Shown: positions 48,250-60,364 of the stretch, one piece after another
Numbering within the stretch: the first letter of the stretch is position 1
Layout: each line of letters opens with the position of its first letter
Assembly: GCA_030390025.1 (NCBI GenBank)
Contig: CM059433.1
Span: forward strand, 11,658,001 to 11,722,000
From: Squalus acanthias
Taxonomy: Eukaryota
Direction of reading: 5' to 3'
Length of the DNA stretch: 64,000 nucleotides
Program-made: the position numbers and the translations under genes
Notes under the pieces: generated by a model
The model's input: the letters and a program-made list of their open reading frames with translations, nothing else
Told to the model about the DNA's origin: nothing
The model's database searches: none

Positions 48250-49921
48250 TTAGACTGTGAGGAAGTGCTACCCAAGTGGGAGGGGCAAATCTGATGGCAG
48301 TTTGGTGTGGGGAGCTGCACCCTTGTTGGGTTGGTCATGGCCTGGATCCTCCGGGTGCAGGGTGCTGCAATGTCCCCGCAACAGCTTAAGCTACACGCGC
48401 TCATGCTGTGGCTTCAAGAACCTGCTTGTTTCCTGACAGCTATTGAGAGGTCTAGCTATGGAGAGGGATCTTCTGTGGTCTCCTTGAGAGGAGGCCACTA
48501 CACGGGGCCCTCTCCTTGCTATGCATCTGGGGCAGAGCCATTGAGCTGGATGCCCCACTGTTTGCACGAGAGCAGTCTCAATGTGGGTGAAGACCGAACA
48601 GTGTTCATTCTGCACAATTATGTAATCTGACAAGTGAGTGCCCAAGGTCTCAGCCACAGCATTGAGAGAACTCTGTGCCATGCATGGTCCCTCACTGTTT
48701 TGGGACTCCCTTACAGATGCCCATGAAGATGCCACCTGCTCCATAGTACTCTGCATTTCAATAAATCCCTCCTGTAAAACTGTAGCAAGGTCAGAGGTGC
48801 ATCCCTGCACATTCTTTGACAGCTGCAGGCTGTTGATAATGCGTTGAAAGCCTTCTGCTGCTGCATTAACTTCTGAAAGCAGGACCTGTAGGATATCAAT
48901 CCCTTGCCCATGTTGCTGGCAGAGAGTATAGGCTGATAGACTGGCCAACTGGTTCATCTTCCTTTCCTGCCACCGTCACATGCTCCTCATTATCCGTGCA
49001 TCGTATTTCACCGAGTGCCCCTCCATCCTACTCACTAACTATAGTTTCCGGGCTTCTCGTAGCTGTGTTGGTGCTAGGGGCAGGTGGAGTGCTTGTCGCA
49101 ACGCTCTGTCAAGTGTTTGTGCTGGTGGCACCACTCCTTCCTTATCATGGGAAGGAGCCACAGGAAAAACGGCAGTACAATTTTCAATGCAGCCCCCAGA
49201 CAATGGCTTCCAAGACAGGTAAGGTGATAAGAATTGAGTGCTTCATGCAACTGAGTAGCATGCGTTGGCCCTGCTGTGAAGACCGCGTAAGGCAGTGACA
49301 ATATGAAGGAGCACAACAAATGGAGGATACTTGCTGAGTGGTGCCACATCGACTCCAAATTTGTCAGCTACTTTAGTCGGGCTGGCCCATCCGTTGTTCT
49401 CATTCACTCCATAAGGTCGTGGGTAGCCGAGACCTGGAAACAGATCACGTTGATGAGCACGTTAGTTTGTGAATGACCAGTGGAAGTAGGACCCTTTTGT
49501 CTTGAGCACTTCCCTCCCCAAACGTCCCCCAGTAACCTGCAGGCTGCTTTTTCCAGCCAGTGGTGGCAGCTTCTATAGAATGAAGGTGTGTAACGCCAAG
49601 GGCACAATACAAGGTGGAACCCTTACAGCTGCAACCCCACACGGTTGCAATGGGACTACATCTTCTATGATGAATGAGGATGCATGTACACGTACGTACC
49701 TTGGCACTTCTTCTGACGCCGCTGAACTTCTTCTGCAATGGTGTGCAGATCCGCTTGACCTGAGACACAGCAATCACTTGTTGGGCAACTTCCTCCCAAC
49801 GTCAACCTTTGCTTTTTTTGCGGGGGGAGGGGTGGTGGCCTCCTGCCCTGTAGGTTGAAACCCTCCGTTGTCACATCTCCCGCATCAGCACCTCCAAAGC
49901 TTTAGTGCTCAACGCTGACAT
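48250..49921 (-). pseudogene. Degenerate Harbinger Myb/SANT-like gene, convergent partner of the 45975 transposase
   Basis: Minus strand ALEVL...WEEVAQQVIAVSQVKR...KKFSGVRRSAK then GTACGT donor; downstream ORF 48391-48957. Confidence 0.6.
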
Positions 49922-50590
49922 CTTCCCCGTGGTTATCTTCTCCTCAGTTCCAAATAGTGCGCTGCACTTAATCAAAGTGTCTCCTCTTTACTGGCTAGCT
50001 GCAACCCTTTAAGAGCTGCTGACGAGCCCAATTATCCTATTGGCAGACAACCGACAATAAGGCCTCACTCCCCGTGCATGTTTTTTTTACACGTGTAAAC
50101 CCCATTCTAATAAAGGGCCAAGGCCTAGCTTGGAAAATCTGAGCAGGAAAGCTCCTCGGACTATATGTGGGTTTGGAAAGCAAGGGGTGCTGCTCTAAAA
50201 TAAACTCCTAGAGATATTATTCGTTCTGAATCATGGTCAAAAATATGGGGGAAGAAGGCAATACTGTTCTTTAATTACTTCATTTAAATTTATAGAAATT
50301 AAAATTGAAGGGGAAGGTAAGTCTAGGGAGGGTAGTTCTTGTTCAAAGTAAAACTACATTTTACAGAAAAAAATATTCGACATCCTGCAATGGCTAATCC
50401 AATCCATTCACCTTTTCTTCTCCTGCTTGTGCATTAATGCCAGTCTGGTGTCTAACCTAAGCCTTTTTTTTCCAATCGCAAATCTTAGTCTCAATTAAGC
50501 CTTAGTTACGCTCTAGGCTTACGATTATGGAGCTCCACAGTTGATCATATTTTTTTTTAGAGCTTCAAGCTTCTCAAAATTCAATCAATT

Positions 50591-50873
50591 ATAAGGGGTA
50601 AGCCATTTAGGACTGAGATGAGGAGGAATTTCTTCACCCAGAGAGTGGTGAACCTGTGGAATTCTCTACCACAGAAGGCAGTTGAGGCCAATTCATTAAA
50701 TATATTCAAGAAGGAGTTAGATATATTTCTTAAGGCTAAAGGGACCAAGGGATATGGGGAGAAAGCAGGGACAGGGTACTGAATTTGGATGATCAGCCAT
50801 GATCGCATTGAATGGCGGAGCAGGCTCGAGGGGCTGAATGGCCTGCTCCTGCTCCTATCTTCTATGTTTCTAT
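50591..50873 (+). mobile_element. CR1 3' end fragment
   Basis: RRNFFTQRVVNLWNSLP plus tail. Confidence 0.85.
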
Positions 50874-51039
50874 ATTATAGTCTCCCCCATAACTCAGAAA
50901 GACTGCTGTGGCAGTGAGAGGGGAGGTGAATATGGAGGAATGCAACCAGAACCCAAGTGTGACAAAAAGGGTTGCTTAATAATTATGACGCAAGTTTACA
51001 ATCGCTAGGACATTAAGGTATACCGAGTAAAGCAAAACG

Positions 51040-52850
51040 TAGAGGACACTAAGAATATCCCAACACTGGATAAACAGGGGGCTCTAGGGGGGGAGGAGCT
51101 CAATACGACTAAAATCACTAAGGAATTGGTACTCAGTAAAATAATGGGACTCAAGGCAGATAAATCCCCTGGACCTGATGGCTTACATCCTATGGTCTTG
51201 AGGGAAGTGGAAGTAGGGATTGTGGATGCTTTGGTAATAATTTTCCAAAATTCCCTGACTCAGCAAAGGTCCCGGCAGATTGGAAAACTGCTAATGTAAC
51301 ACCCTTATTTAAAAAGGGTAGTAGGCAGAAGGCTGGAAATTATAGACCAGTTAGCCTAACATCTGTGGTGGGTAAAATTTTGGAGTCTATTATTAAGGAG
51401 ACAGTAACGGAACATTTAGATAAACATAATTTAATAGGACAAAGTCAGCATGGCTTTATGAAGGGGAAGTCATGTCTGACAAATTTGCTTGAGTTCTTTG
51501 AGGACATAACGTACAGGGTGGATAAAGGGGAACCAGTGGACGTAGTGTATTTAGACTTCCAGAAGGCATTCGACAAGGTGCCACACAAAAGATTATTGCT
51601 CAAGATAAAAAATCACTGGATTGGGGGTAATATTCTGGCATGGGTGAGGATTGGTTATCTAACAGGAAGCAGAGAGTTGGGATAAATGGTTAATTCTCGG
51701 ACTGGCAACCAGTAGCCAGTGGTGTTCCGCAGGAGTCGGTGCTGGGTCCCCAACTCTTTACAATCTATATTAACGATTTGGAGGAGGGGACCGAGTGTAA
51801 CATATCAAAGTTTGCAGATGATACAAAGATGGGAGGGAAAGTAGAAAGTGAGGAGGACATAAAAAACCTACAAGGGGATATAGACAGGCTGGGTGAGTGG
51901 GCGGAGATTTGGCAGATGCAATACAATATTGGAAAATGTGAGGTTATGCACTTTGGCAGGAAAAATCAGAGAGCAAGTTATTATCTTAATGGCGAGAAAC
52001 TGGAAAGTACTGCCGTACAAAGGGATCTGGGGGTCCTAGTGCAAGAAAATCAAAAAGTTAGTATGCAGGTGCAGCAGGTGATCAAGAAGGCCAACGGAAT
52101 GTTGGCTTTTATTGCTAAGGGGATAGATTATAAAAACAGGGAGGTATTGCTGCAGTTATATAAGGTATTGGTGAGACCGCACCTGGAATACTGCGTACAG
52201 TTTTGGTGTCCATACTTAAGAAAAGACATACTTGCTCTCGAGGCAGTACAAAGAAGGTTCACTCGGTTAATCCCGGGGATGAGGGGGTGGACATATGAGG
52301 AGAGGTTGAGTAGATTGGGACTCTACTCATTGGAGTTCAGAAGAATGAGAGGCGATCTTATTGAAACATATAAGATTGTGAAGGGGCTTGATCGGGTGGA
52401 TGCGGTAAGGATGTTCCCAAGGATGGGTGAAACTAGAACTAGGGGGCATAATCTTAGAATAAGGGGCTGCTCTTTCAAAACTGAGATGAGGAGAAACTTC
52501 TTCACTCAGAGGGTAGTAGGTCTGTGGAATTTGCTGCCCCAGGAAGCTGTGGAAGCTACATCATTAAATAAATTTAAAACAGAAATAGATAGTTTCCTAG
52601 AGGTAAAGGGAATTAGGGGTTACGGTGAGCGGGCAGGAAATTGGACATGAGGCTGAGTTCGGATCGGTCAGGGCCCTGTGGGTGGCGGAGCAGGCCCAGG
52701 GGCTGAGTGGCCGGGTCCTGCTCCTACTTCTTGTGTTCTTTAGATTTGAGGTTAGGATCAGATCAGCCATGATCTTATTGAATGGTGGAGCAAGCTCGAG
52801 GGGCCGATTGGCCTACTCCTGCTCCTATTTCTTATGTTCTTATGTTCTTA
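51040..52850 (+). mobile_element. CR1 LINE RT region and 3' end with duplicated tail
   Basis: ORF 51365-51685 has QHGF and YLDFQKAFDKVPH; ORF 51739-52650 has KFADD; frameshifted. Confidence 0.92.
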
Positions 52851-55800
52851 TAAAGAAAGGATTTCTTATCTCATCAACTGATCAAATAGTAAATAAGGTT
52901 ACAGTGACTAACAAAAAGCAAAATGTTGCTAACCACCAAAATATTCATTAACTAGAAGTTGCTGCAGGGCTTTCGTACAGTACACACACTCATTGCTGTT
53001 GTCCGTAGCCAACCTTGCTCCAGTTGATTTAGATTTTAACGTTTATTACAAAGACTGAACTGTTTAAGAAATTCCTCCTCATCTCAGTCTTAAAAGGCCG
53101 ACCCCTTATCCTGAGACTATGCCCCCTAGTTCTAGACACTCCAGCCAGGGGGAAACAACCTCTCAGCATCTACCATGTCAATTCCCCACGGAAGTAATTA
53201 TAAGGTATCCAACACAAAGTACAGTCAGAGTGAATTTGAAGTGATGGCAGGGTGCAAATACCTAATTAGAACAATCTGTAATCGTTTTTTATCCCCCCCA
53301 TCTGTTTATCAACTCTGTTCAAACCATTACCTGGATGGCCAGCCGAATATGTCACAGAATCGTAGAATCATACAGCCCCAGAAGGAGGCCATTCAGGCCC
53401 ATCGTGCCTGTGCCGGCTCTTTGAAAGAGCTCTCCAATTAGTCCCTCTTCCCCCGCTCTTTCCCCACAGCCCTGCAAATGTTTCCTTTTCAAGTATTTAT
53501 ACAATTTCCTTTTGAAAGTTACCACTGATTCTGTTTCCACCGCCTTTTCAGGTCGTGCATTCCAAATCATAACGCGCAGTGCAAAAACAATTCCCTAATT
53601 TCCCCCCCTTGATTTTTTGACAATTTTCTTAAATCTGTGTCCTTTGGTTACCAACCCCCCTGCCACTGGAAACAGTTTCTCCCCAGCTAATTTATCAAAA
53701 ACCTCCATAATTTTGAACACCTCTATCAAATCTCCCCTTAACCTTCCCTGCTCTAAGTAGAACAAGCCCCTCTTCTCCAGTCTCTCCATATAACTGAAGT
53801 CCCTCATCCCTGGTACCATTCTGGTAAATCTCCTCTGCGTCCTCTCCAAGGTTTTGACATCCTTCCTCAAGTGTGGTGGACACAATACTCTTTCTGAGGC
53901 CTAACCAGTGTTTTATAAAGGTTTATCGTAACTTCTTTGCTTTTGTACTCTATGCCTCTATTTATAAAGCCAACGATCCTATATGCTTTTTTTTAACAGC
54001 CGTCTCATAAGAACATAAGAATTAGGAGCAGGAGTAGGCCATATGGCCCCTCGAGCCTGCTCCGCCATTCAATAAGATCATGGCTGATCTTTGACCTCAA
54101 CTTCACTTTCCCACCCGATCTCCAAATCCCTTGATTCCCCTAGAGTCCAAAAATCGATCTATCACAGCCTTGAATATAATCAAAGACTCAGCATCCACAG
54201 CCCTTTGGGGTAGAAGATTCACAACCCTCTGATTTAAGAAATTCCTCCTCATCTCAGAATTAAATGGCCGACCCCTTATCCTGAGACTATGACCCCTAGT
54301 TCTAGACTCTCCAGCCAGGGGAAACAACCTCTCAGCATCTACCCTGTCAATCCCCCTCAGAATCTATATGTTTCAATGAGATCAACTCTCATTCTTCTAA
54401 ACTCCAGAGAGTATAGGCCCAATCTACTCAATCTCTCCTCATAGGACAACCCTCTCATCCCAGGGATCAATTTAGTGAACCTTCATTGCACCGACTCTAA
54501 GGCATGTATGTCCTTTCTCAGATAAGGAAACTGTGCACAGTACTCCAGGTGTGGTCTCACCAAAGCCCTGTTCAATTGTAGTAAGACTTCCTTACTTTTG
54601 TACTCCAACCCCCTTGCAGTAAAGGCCAACATGCCATTTGCCTTCCTAATTGCTTGCTGTACCTGCATGCTAAATTTCTGTGTTTCCTGTACGAGGACAC
54701 CTAAATCTCTCTGAACACCAACATTTAACAGTTTTTCACCACTTAAAAAATATTCTGTTTTTCTATTCTTCCTACCAAAGTAAATATCCTCACATTTCCT
54801 CACATTATACTCCATCTGCCGCTTTGTTGCCCACTCGCTTAACCTGTCTCTATCCCTTTGAAGGCTCTTTGTGTCCTCCTCACAGCTTACTTTCCCACCT
54901 AGCTTTGTATCATCAGCAAACTTGAATACATTGCACCCTTCATATAGGTCATTAATATAGATTGTATATAGCTGAGGCCCAAGCACTGATCCCTGTGGCA
55001 CCCCACCAGTTACAGCCTGCCAACCGCAAAATGACCCATTTATCCCTACTCTCTGTTTTCAGTCTGTTAACCAATCCTCTATCCATGCTAATATATCGCC
55101 CCCAACCCATGAGCCCTTATCTTGCATAGCAACCTTTTATGTGGCACCTTACCGAATGCCTTTTGGAAATCCAAATATACTATATCCCTTTATCTACCCT
55201 ACTAGTTACATCCCCAAAAAACTCTAATAAATTTGTCAAACACGATTTCCCTTTCATAATACCATGTTCACTCTGCCTAACCATATTATGATTTTCTAAG
55301 CGCCCTGTTACCACTTCCTTAATAATGGATTCCAGCATTTTCCCGATGACTGATGTCAGGCTAACTGGCCTGTAGTTCCCTGTTTCCTCTCCCTCCTTTC
55401 TTGAATAGCGGGGTTACATTTGCTACCTTCCAATCCGCTGGGACCGTTTTAGAATCTAGGGAATTTTGGAAGATGACCACCAATGCATCACTATCTCTGC
55501 AGCCACCTCTTTCAAAACCCTAGGATGTAAGCCATTAGGTCCAGGGGATTTGTCAACTTTTAGTCCCATCAGTTTCTCAAGTACTTTTTCTCTACTGATA
55601 TTAATTACTTTAAGTTCCTCACACTTATTAGTCCCTTGGTTCCCCACTATTTTGGGTATGCTTTTTGTGTCTTCTACTGTGAAGACAGATACAAAGGGGG
55701 AAAAATTCAGTATCGCCCCGTTTGGGGCACGATTATCGGCCGTGCGCAAAGTTTAGCGCCTGGCACTAATTATCGCCTCCGACTGCAAACTTGGCTTTTA

Positions 55801-56061
55801 TCGCCCCCCGGAGTTGATTGGAGCGCTAAATCAGGCGCTACACACCTCTCTCTCTTAAGGCGCAAAGGCCGAGGAGCGAGGCGCTAACTCAGAGCGCGGG
55901 CACAGCGCAGGTGCTGTCAGTTAGCGATGGAACACAGACACACTGGCGCCGGCCAGTTCTTGAAGGGGAGGGTCGATCTTGCTCTCCAGTCACACCCTGC
56001 TCATTGGAGACTTGAATCTCGGCCTGGAGAGACCTGTGCCTAAATTTTGCAGCCAAGGACT

Positions 56062-57866
56062 ATGGAGAGGGCCAGGGAGCGAGCACAGCGCTTCAGCGAG
56101 CGGGCCTTGGAGGCTCTGGTTGGCATGATGGAGCGCAGAAGATCAATACTGTACCCAGAGAGTGGCAGGAGGCCTTTGCCGCGCGATTACAGAAGAGTGC
56201 GGAGGGAGGTGGCACAGAGCATCTCCTCCAGAAGCATGGTGCCCAGGACCCATATACAATGTAGAAAAAAGTTCAACGACCTCACTCGGGTCATCAGGGT
56301 GAGTGGCTTTTATTCAGTACCTCTCCATCCCTCCATCTCAACCTCACTCTATGGCCAGAGGGTCTTAAAACCCCAATGCCCAACACTCATCCAACACCTA
56401 TGGCCCTCTCATGAAACACACACGCACATTCCACACTTTGCATACAGTAAGGGCTATTCACCTATGGGAGGCACATCAGGCAAGACCATGGCTGCATACA
56501 GTAAGGGCTATTCACCTATGGGAGGCACATCGGGCAAGACCATGGCTGTATATTTACTCAGATGCTGTCCTTTTTCTTGCAGGCCAAGCTATCTCATAAT
56601 AGGAGACAGCAGCAACGGACGGGTGGAGGGCGGCCTCAGCTGCAACCCCTCAGCGATTTTGAGGAGCGCGTCCAGAGGATTGTGGCAAGCCGGGTGATCG
56701 GTCCCGTCACCACTGGAGAGGCCGACCCCGTTCTGGACAGCAATGGTAAGGTCATCACCTTTTTGTCCTCTCTCCTTCCACTTGTCCCTCACAACACCAG
56801 CCTTTGACACTTTCAATCCAACTTACTAAATCGCTGCACTCATTCCTCCCTTACTGCCACCCTGTCCTCACACTAAAGCCACTCCTGTACCTCCCTGCTT
56901 TCAGATGGTGATTCACCAGCTGAGGAGACGGGCCCTCAAGCTGCCAGTGGGAGTGAAGCTGCAGGCGAGGAGGAAGATGAAAGCGGAGCATCAGCGCCAC
57001 CCTCTCCCGAGGGAGCCCATGCCCACACTGGGAACACGCCTTCCCTGGAGGGGAGCAGGGGGGAAGGGTCTTATGAGGGTGAAGCTCCAGGACCCAGCGG
57101 GCTGCAGCAATGCGATGGGGGTAGGGAAGCTCAGGGGCCTTCTCCCTGGAGGGAGAGTATGCCAGTGAGTCCTACTGCACTGGACGCAGAGGAGGAGCGG
57201 CTGATCGCTGAAATGAACACCCAGGCGGTGGACATGCACACTGAGCTCATGGGTGCAGTGGGAAGTGTGCCCGAATGCACTGAATCACTGGCAAGGAGTG
57301 TGGAGCACTTCGCTGTAGCACAGGCGGATGCCACGCAAATGTTTAGTGCTGCAATTCAGTCACTGGCTGCTAGGACCCCATCACTGACTGCTCTCCTGCA
57401 GACTCAGATTGAGGCCACGCGAGCACTGACTGCTGCCATCCTCGCTGGTTCGGACACATTTCCCCGGGGCTCTCACCGCGCCGCAGCAGGCCAGCAATCT
57501 GTTCTCCAGCAGATTGCTCCGGATGCTGAAGTGCTGCCCCGTGGGAGTGCCAGTGTGTCGGTCGAGCAGGGAGTTGCTGTCCTCTCTCAAGATGACAGCA
57601 TTCCTGCTGCCACTACTGTCACTTCTCCACTGCACTTGCCACCGCCTGTAGGCCAGACTGCTGCCGCCCATGCAGAGTTGGCGCAGTCTGCAGCCGGGCC
57701 CTCCAGGCCCAGAGCTGGTCGAGGCCGTCCTTCAAGGGCATCTGCAGTCTCAGGTTCTGACAATCAGCAGCCTTCCAGCAGCCTTGCTGCAGCCACTGGG
57801 GTCCCATTACGGAGGAGCAGTAGGGTGGGAAGGGGGGAAGTGCGCAAAGGAAGGAGATCACCCTAG
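56062..57866 (+). CDS. Harbinger Myb/SANT-like DNA-binding protein, 3 exons (56062-56298, 56583-56745, 56905-57866; ~453 aa)
   Basis: RFSERALEALV...RTHIQCRKKFNDL then AKLSHNRRQQQRTGGG; GT-AG introns of phase 0 and 1 join into one open frame. Confidence 0.85.
56441..56548. repeat. Two-copy 54-bp tandem duplication in intron 1 of the Myb-like gene
   Basis: CATACAGTAAGGGCTATTCACCTATGGGAGGCACATCRGGCAAGACCATGGCTG twice. Confidence 0.9.
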
Positions 57867-58192
57867 AAGGGCAAAAAGTAGGAGGTGTGACAAAATGTTG
57901 GTCATTTTTTTATTAAAGGCCGAGGTTCGTGGTCAAACTTTTGTTTCGTGTTTTGGACATTATCTCCAGGTTGTGAGAACCAGTTATGTTAATTACTGTT
58001 TTTTTGTGTTTCTTTCTATTAGTTTGTCATGAGGAAATGACACACACAGAGTTTGTAAAATAAATAAGTTTTTGTATTCAAAATGTACATGTTTGGTCTT
58101 TGCAATCATTGCTGCCTTGGCCGGCTTAGGGGTTGCGGGTTGGTTTCATTCATGTTGTTCTCAATGGCAGAAGCCATTTCCTCAGCAGGGGC

Positions 58193-59353
58193 CTAGAAGC
58201 GGCTTGCTATCAGCCGTTGACAGACGGCCCTTCCAGTTTCTACATTGTGGACCTCCCTCCCGCCTTGGTGCTGCTGATGATCATCCTCCTCCTCTTCCTC
58301 CTCCTCTTCCTCCTCCTCCTCTGGTGGTGCGCCAAGGTCTGGTGGCATTGGCTGGGTCCTGAGGATTGCCAGGTTATGCAGCATGCAGCACACAACGACG
58401 AAGAGGGAAACTCGCTCAGGCGAGTACTGCAGGGCTCCTCCAGAATGGTCCAGACAGCGGAACCGTTGCTTGAGCACGCCGATTGTGTGCTCAACGATGT
58501 TCCTGGTAGCTAGATGGCTCTCGTTGTACCGCAGCTCAGCAGGGGTGTCGGGCGTACGGAGCGGTGTCATCAGCCAGGTGCACAGTGGATATCCCTTGTC
58601 CCCGAGAAGCCAATCACCTGGGTGATGCGGTGCCTTGAAAAGTTCTGCCACAGTAGTCTGGCGCAGGATGTATGCATCGTGGCTGCTGCCAGGATAGCAG
58701 GCATTGACAGCGAGTATCAGCTGTCTGTGGTCACAGACCAACTGCACGTTTAAGGAATGGAACCCCTTTCGGTTGCGGAAATCCTCTGCATTCTCATGCG
58801 GAGCACACAAAGCCACATGCGTGCAGTCAATGGCACCCTGCACCATGGGAAAGCCCGCTATCCTCGCAAAGCCCATAGCGCGTTCATGCTGCTTGGCCGG
58901 GGTCATGGGGAAAGAGATGTACTCTCGGCTCCTTTTATAGAGGGCATTTGTGACCTGACGGATGCAGCAATGGACCACGAACTGGGAGATATTGGCGGTG
59001 TCCCCAGTAGCTGATTGAAATGAGCCGGTGGCATAAAAGTTGAGAGCCACTGTTATCTTCACTGCCACCGACAGAGATGTCCTGCTCCTCAGTTGAGGCT
59101 GCAGATCTGGCTGCAGCAGGTAGCAGAGCTCAGTGACCACCTCCTTGCTGAAGCGCAGCCTTCGCAAACACTGCTCCTCAGACATATTAACGTAGGAGAA
59201 TTGTTGGCGAAATACCCTGGGAGGGTAAGGTCTCCTGTACAGAGGCCTGTTGGCCCTCCTCCATCTGGCCATGATTGTCACTCTCTCTCTGCGTCTCTGT
59301 GGCCTCCGATTCTGCTGGCGCAGGACGACGCCCCCAATTAGTGCAGCCCCCAT
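58193..59353 (-). CDS. Harbinger DDE transposase (HARBI1/DDE_Tnp_4-like), ~386 aa
   Basis: Motifs GAIDCTHV, NRKGFHSLNVQ, PGSSHD, LGDKGYP, VEHTIGVLKQRF; no stops; first ATG taken as start. Confidence 0.93.
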   Translation of the reverse strand: MGAALIGGVVLRQQNRRPQRRRERVTIMARWRRANRPLYRRPYPPRVFRQQFSYVNMSEEQCLRRLRFSKEVVTELCYLLQPDLQPQLRSRTSLSVAVKITVALNFYATGSFQSATGDTANISQFVVHCCIRQVTNALYKRSREYISFPMTPAKQHERAMGFARIAGFPMVQGAIDCTHVALCAPHENAEDFRNRKGFHSLNVQLVCDHRQLILAVNACYPGSSHDAYILRQTTVAELFKAPHHPGDWLLGDKGYPLCTWLMTPLRTPDTPAELRYNESHLATRNIVEHTIGVLKQRFRCLDHSGGALQYSPERVSLFVVVCCMLHNLAILRTQPMPPDLGAPPEEEEEEEEEEEEDDHQQHQGGREVHNVETGRAVCQRLIASRF

Positions 59354-60364
59354 AGTCTCTTGGCAATCAAAGTAATGAAGGTCGAAAAACCAAAGTACCT
59401 GCAAATTTATGCTCAGTAGCCAAAACTACTTCACACAGCGTTGACTCAATGCAGAAGTCTCTCTTTCTCTCTCTCAAAATCTCTCTCTCTCTCTCAGAAC
59501 GAGTGGTGCAAAAATGTCTACCACAGAAAAAGCCAGGAAGAGGCCCCCTTTAAATAGCGCCCCCCCCAGCCCCACAGCGACTGGGAAGCGTTCCAGACTA
59601 CCTGTCGTTGGTTGTGCCAGGCGGAAAGGAGGGGGGCACCACTCAATTTCCGTTCCGGGGCGCCCCAAGGGCGTTGCACGCTCGAATGACGTCAAGATCT
59701 GCGTGCGCAGGAGATCAGGGCGGTATTGTTTAGCGCCGCCGCAAAATGTCCGGTCAATTTCGCGAGTGGCGCAAACATCGCCGCGCCCGGGCGCTAGTTG
59801 CTTTGCGCCCCATTAGCGCCCTCTTAAGGCGCTAACGGGAGGCGCAAACCAACTGAATTTTTCCCCCCAAATATTTGTTTAAAGTCTCTTCCATTTCCTT
59901 ATTCCCCATTATAATTTCTCCTGTCTCAGCCTCTAATGGACCAACGCTTACTTTTGCTACTCTCTTCCTTTTTACATACTTGTAGCAGCTCTTACGATCT
60001 GTTCTTATATTTCTTGCTAGTTTACTCTCATTTTATTTTCTCCCTTTTTATCAATTTTTTGGTCATCCTTTCTGCTGGTTTCTGAGGCTCTCCCAATCCT
60101 CAGGCTTGCTACTATTCCTCACAACATTATAAGCCTCTTCTCTTAATCTAATACTATCCTTAACTTCTTTAGTTAGCCACGGATGGATCACTTTTCCCAT
60201 GGAGTTTTTATTTCTCAATGGAATGTATATTTGTTGAGAATTTTGGAAAATTTCTTTAAATATTTGCAATTGCTTATCTACCATCATACCTTTTAATCTA
60301 ATTTCACAATCTACCTTAGCTAACTCGCCCCCATACCTATGTAATTGGCTTTATTTAAGTTTAA

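Larger units (their letters stand above)
55696..59867. mobile_element. Putatively autonomous PIF/Harbinger transposon (4172 bp)
   Basis: Perfect 16-bp TIR GGGGGAAAAATTCAGT; 3-bp flanks AAA and CAA; two convergent intact genes; removal restores CR1 frame NKYFVSVFT. Confidence 0.95.

Noticed and set aside
58193..59404. Domesticated host gene HARBI1
   Set aside because: Lies within TIRs, is paired with a Myb-like gene, interrupts a LINE and has deletion derivatives nearby, so it is a transposon gene.
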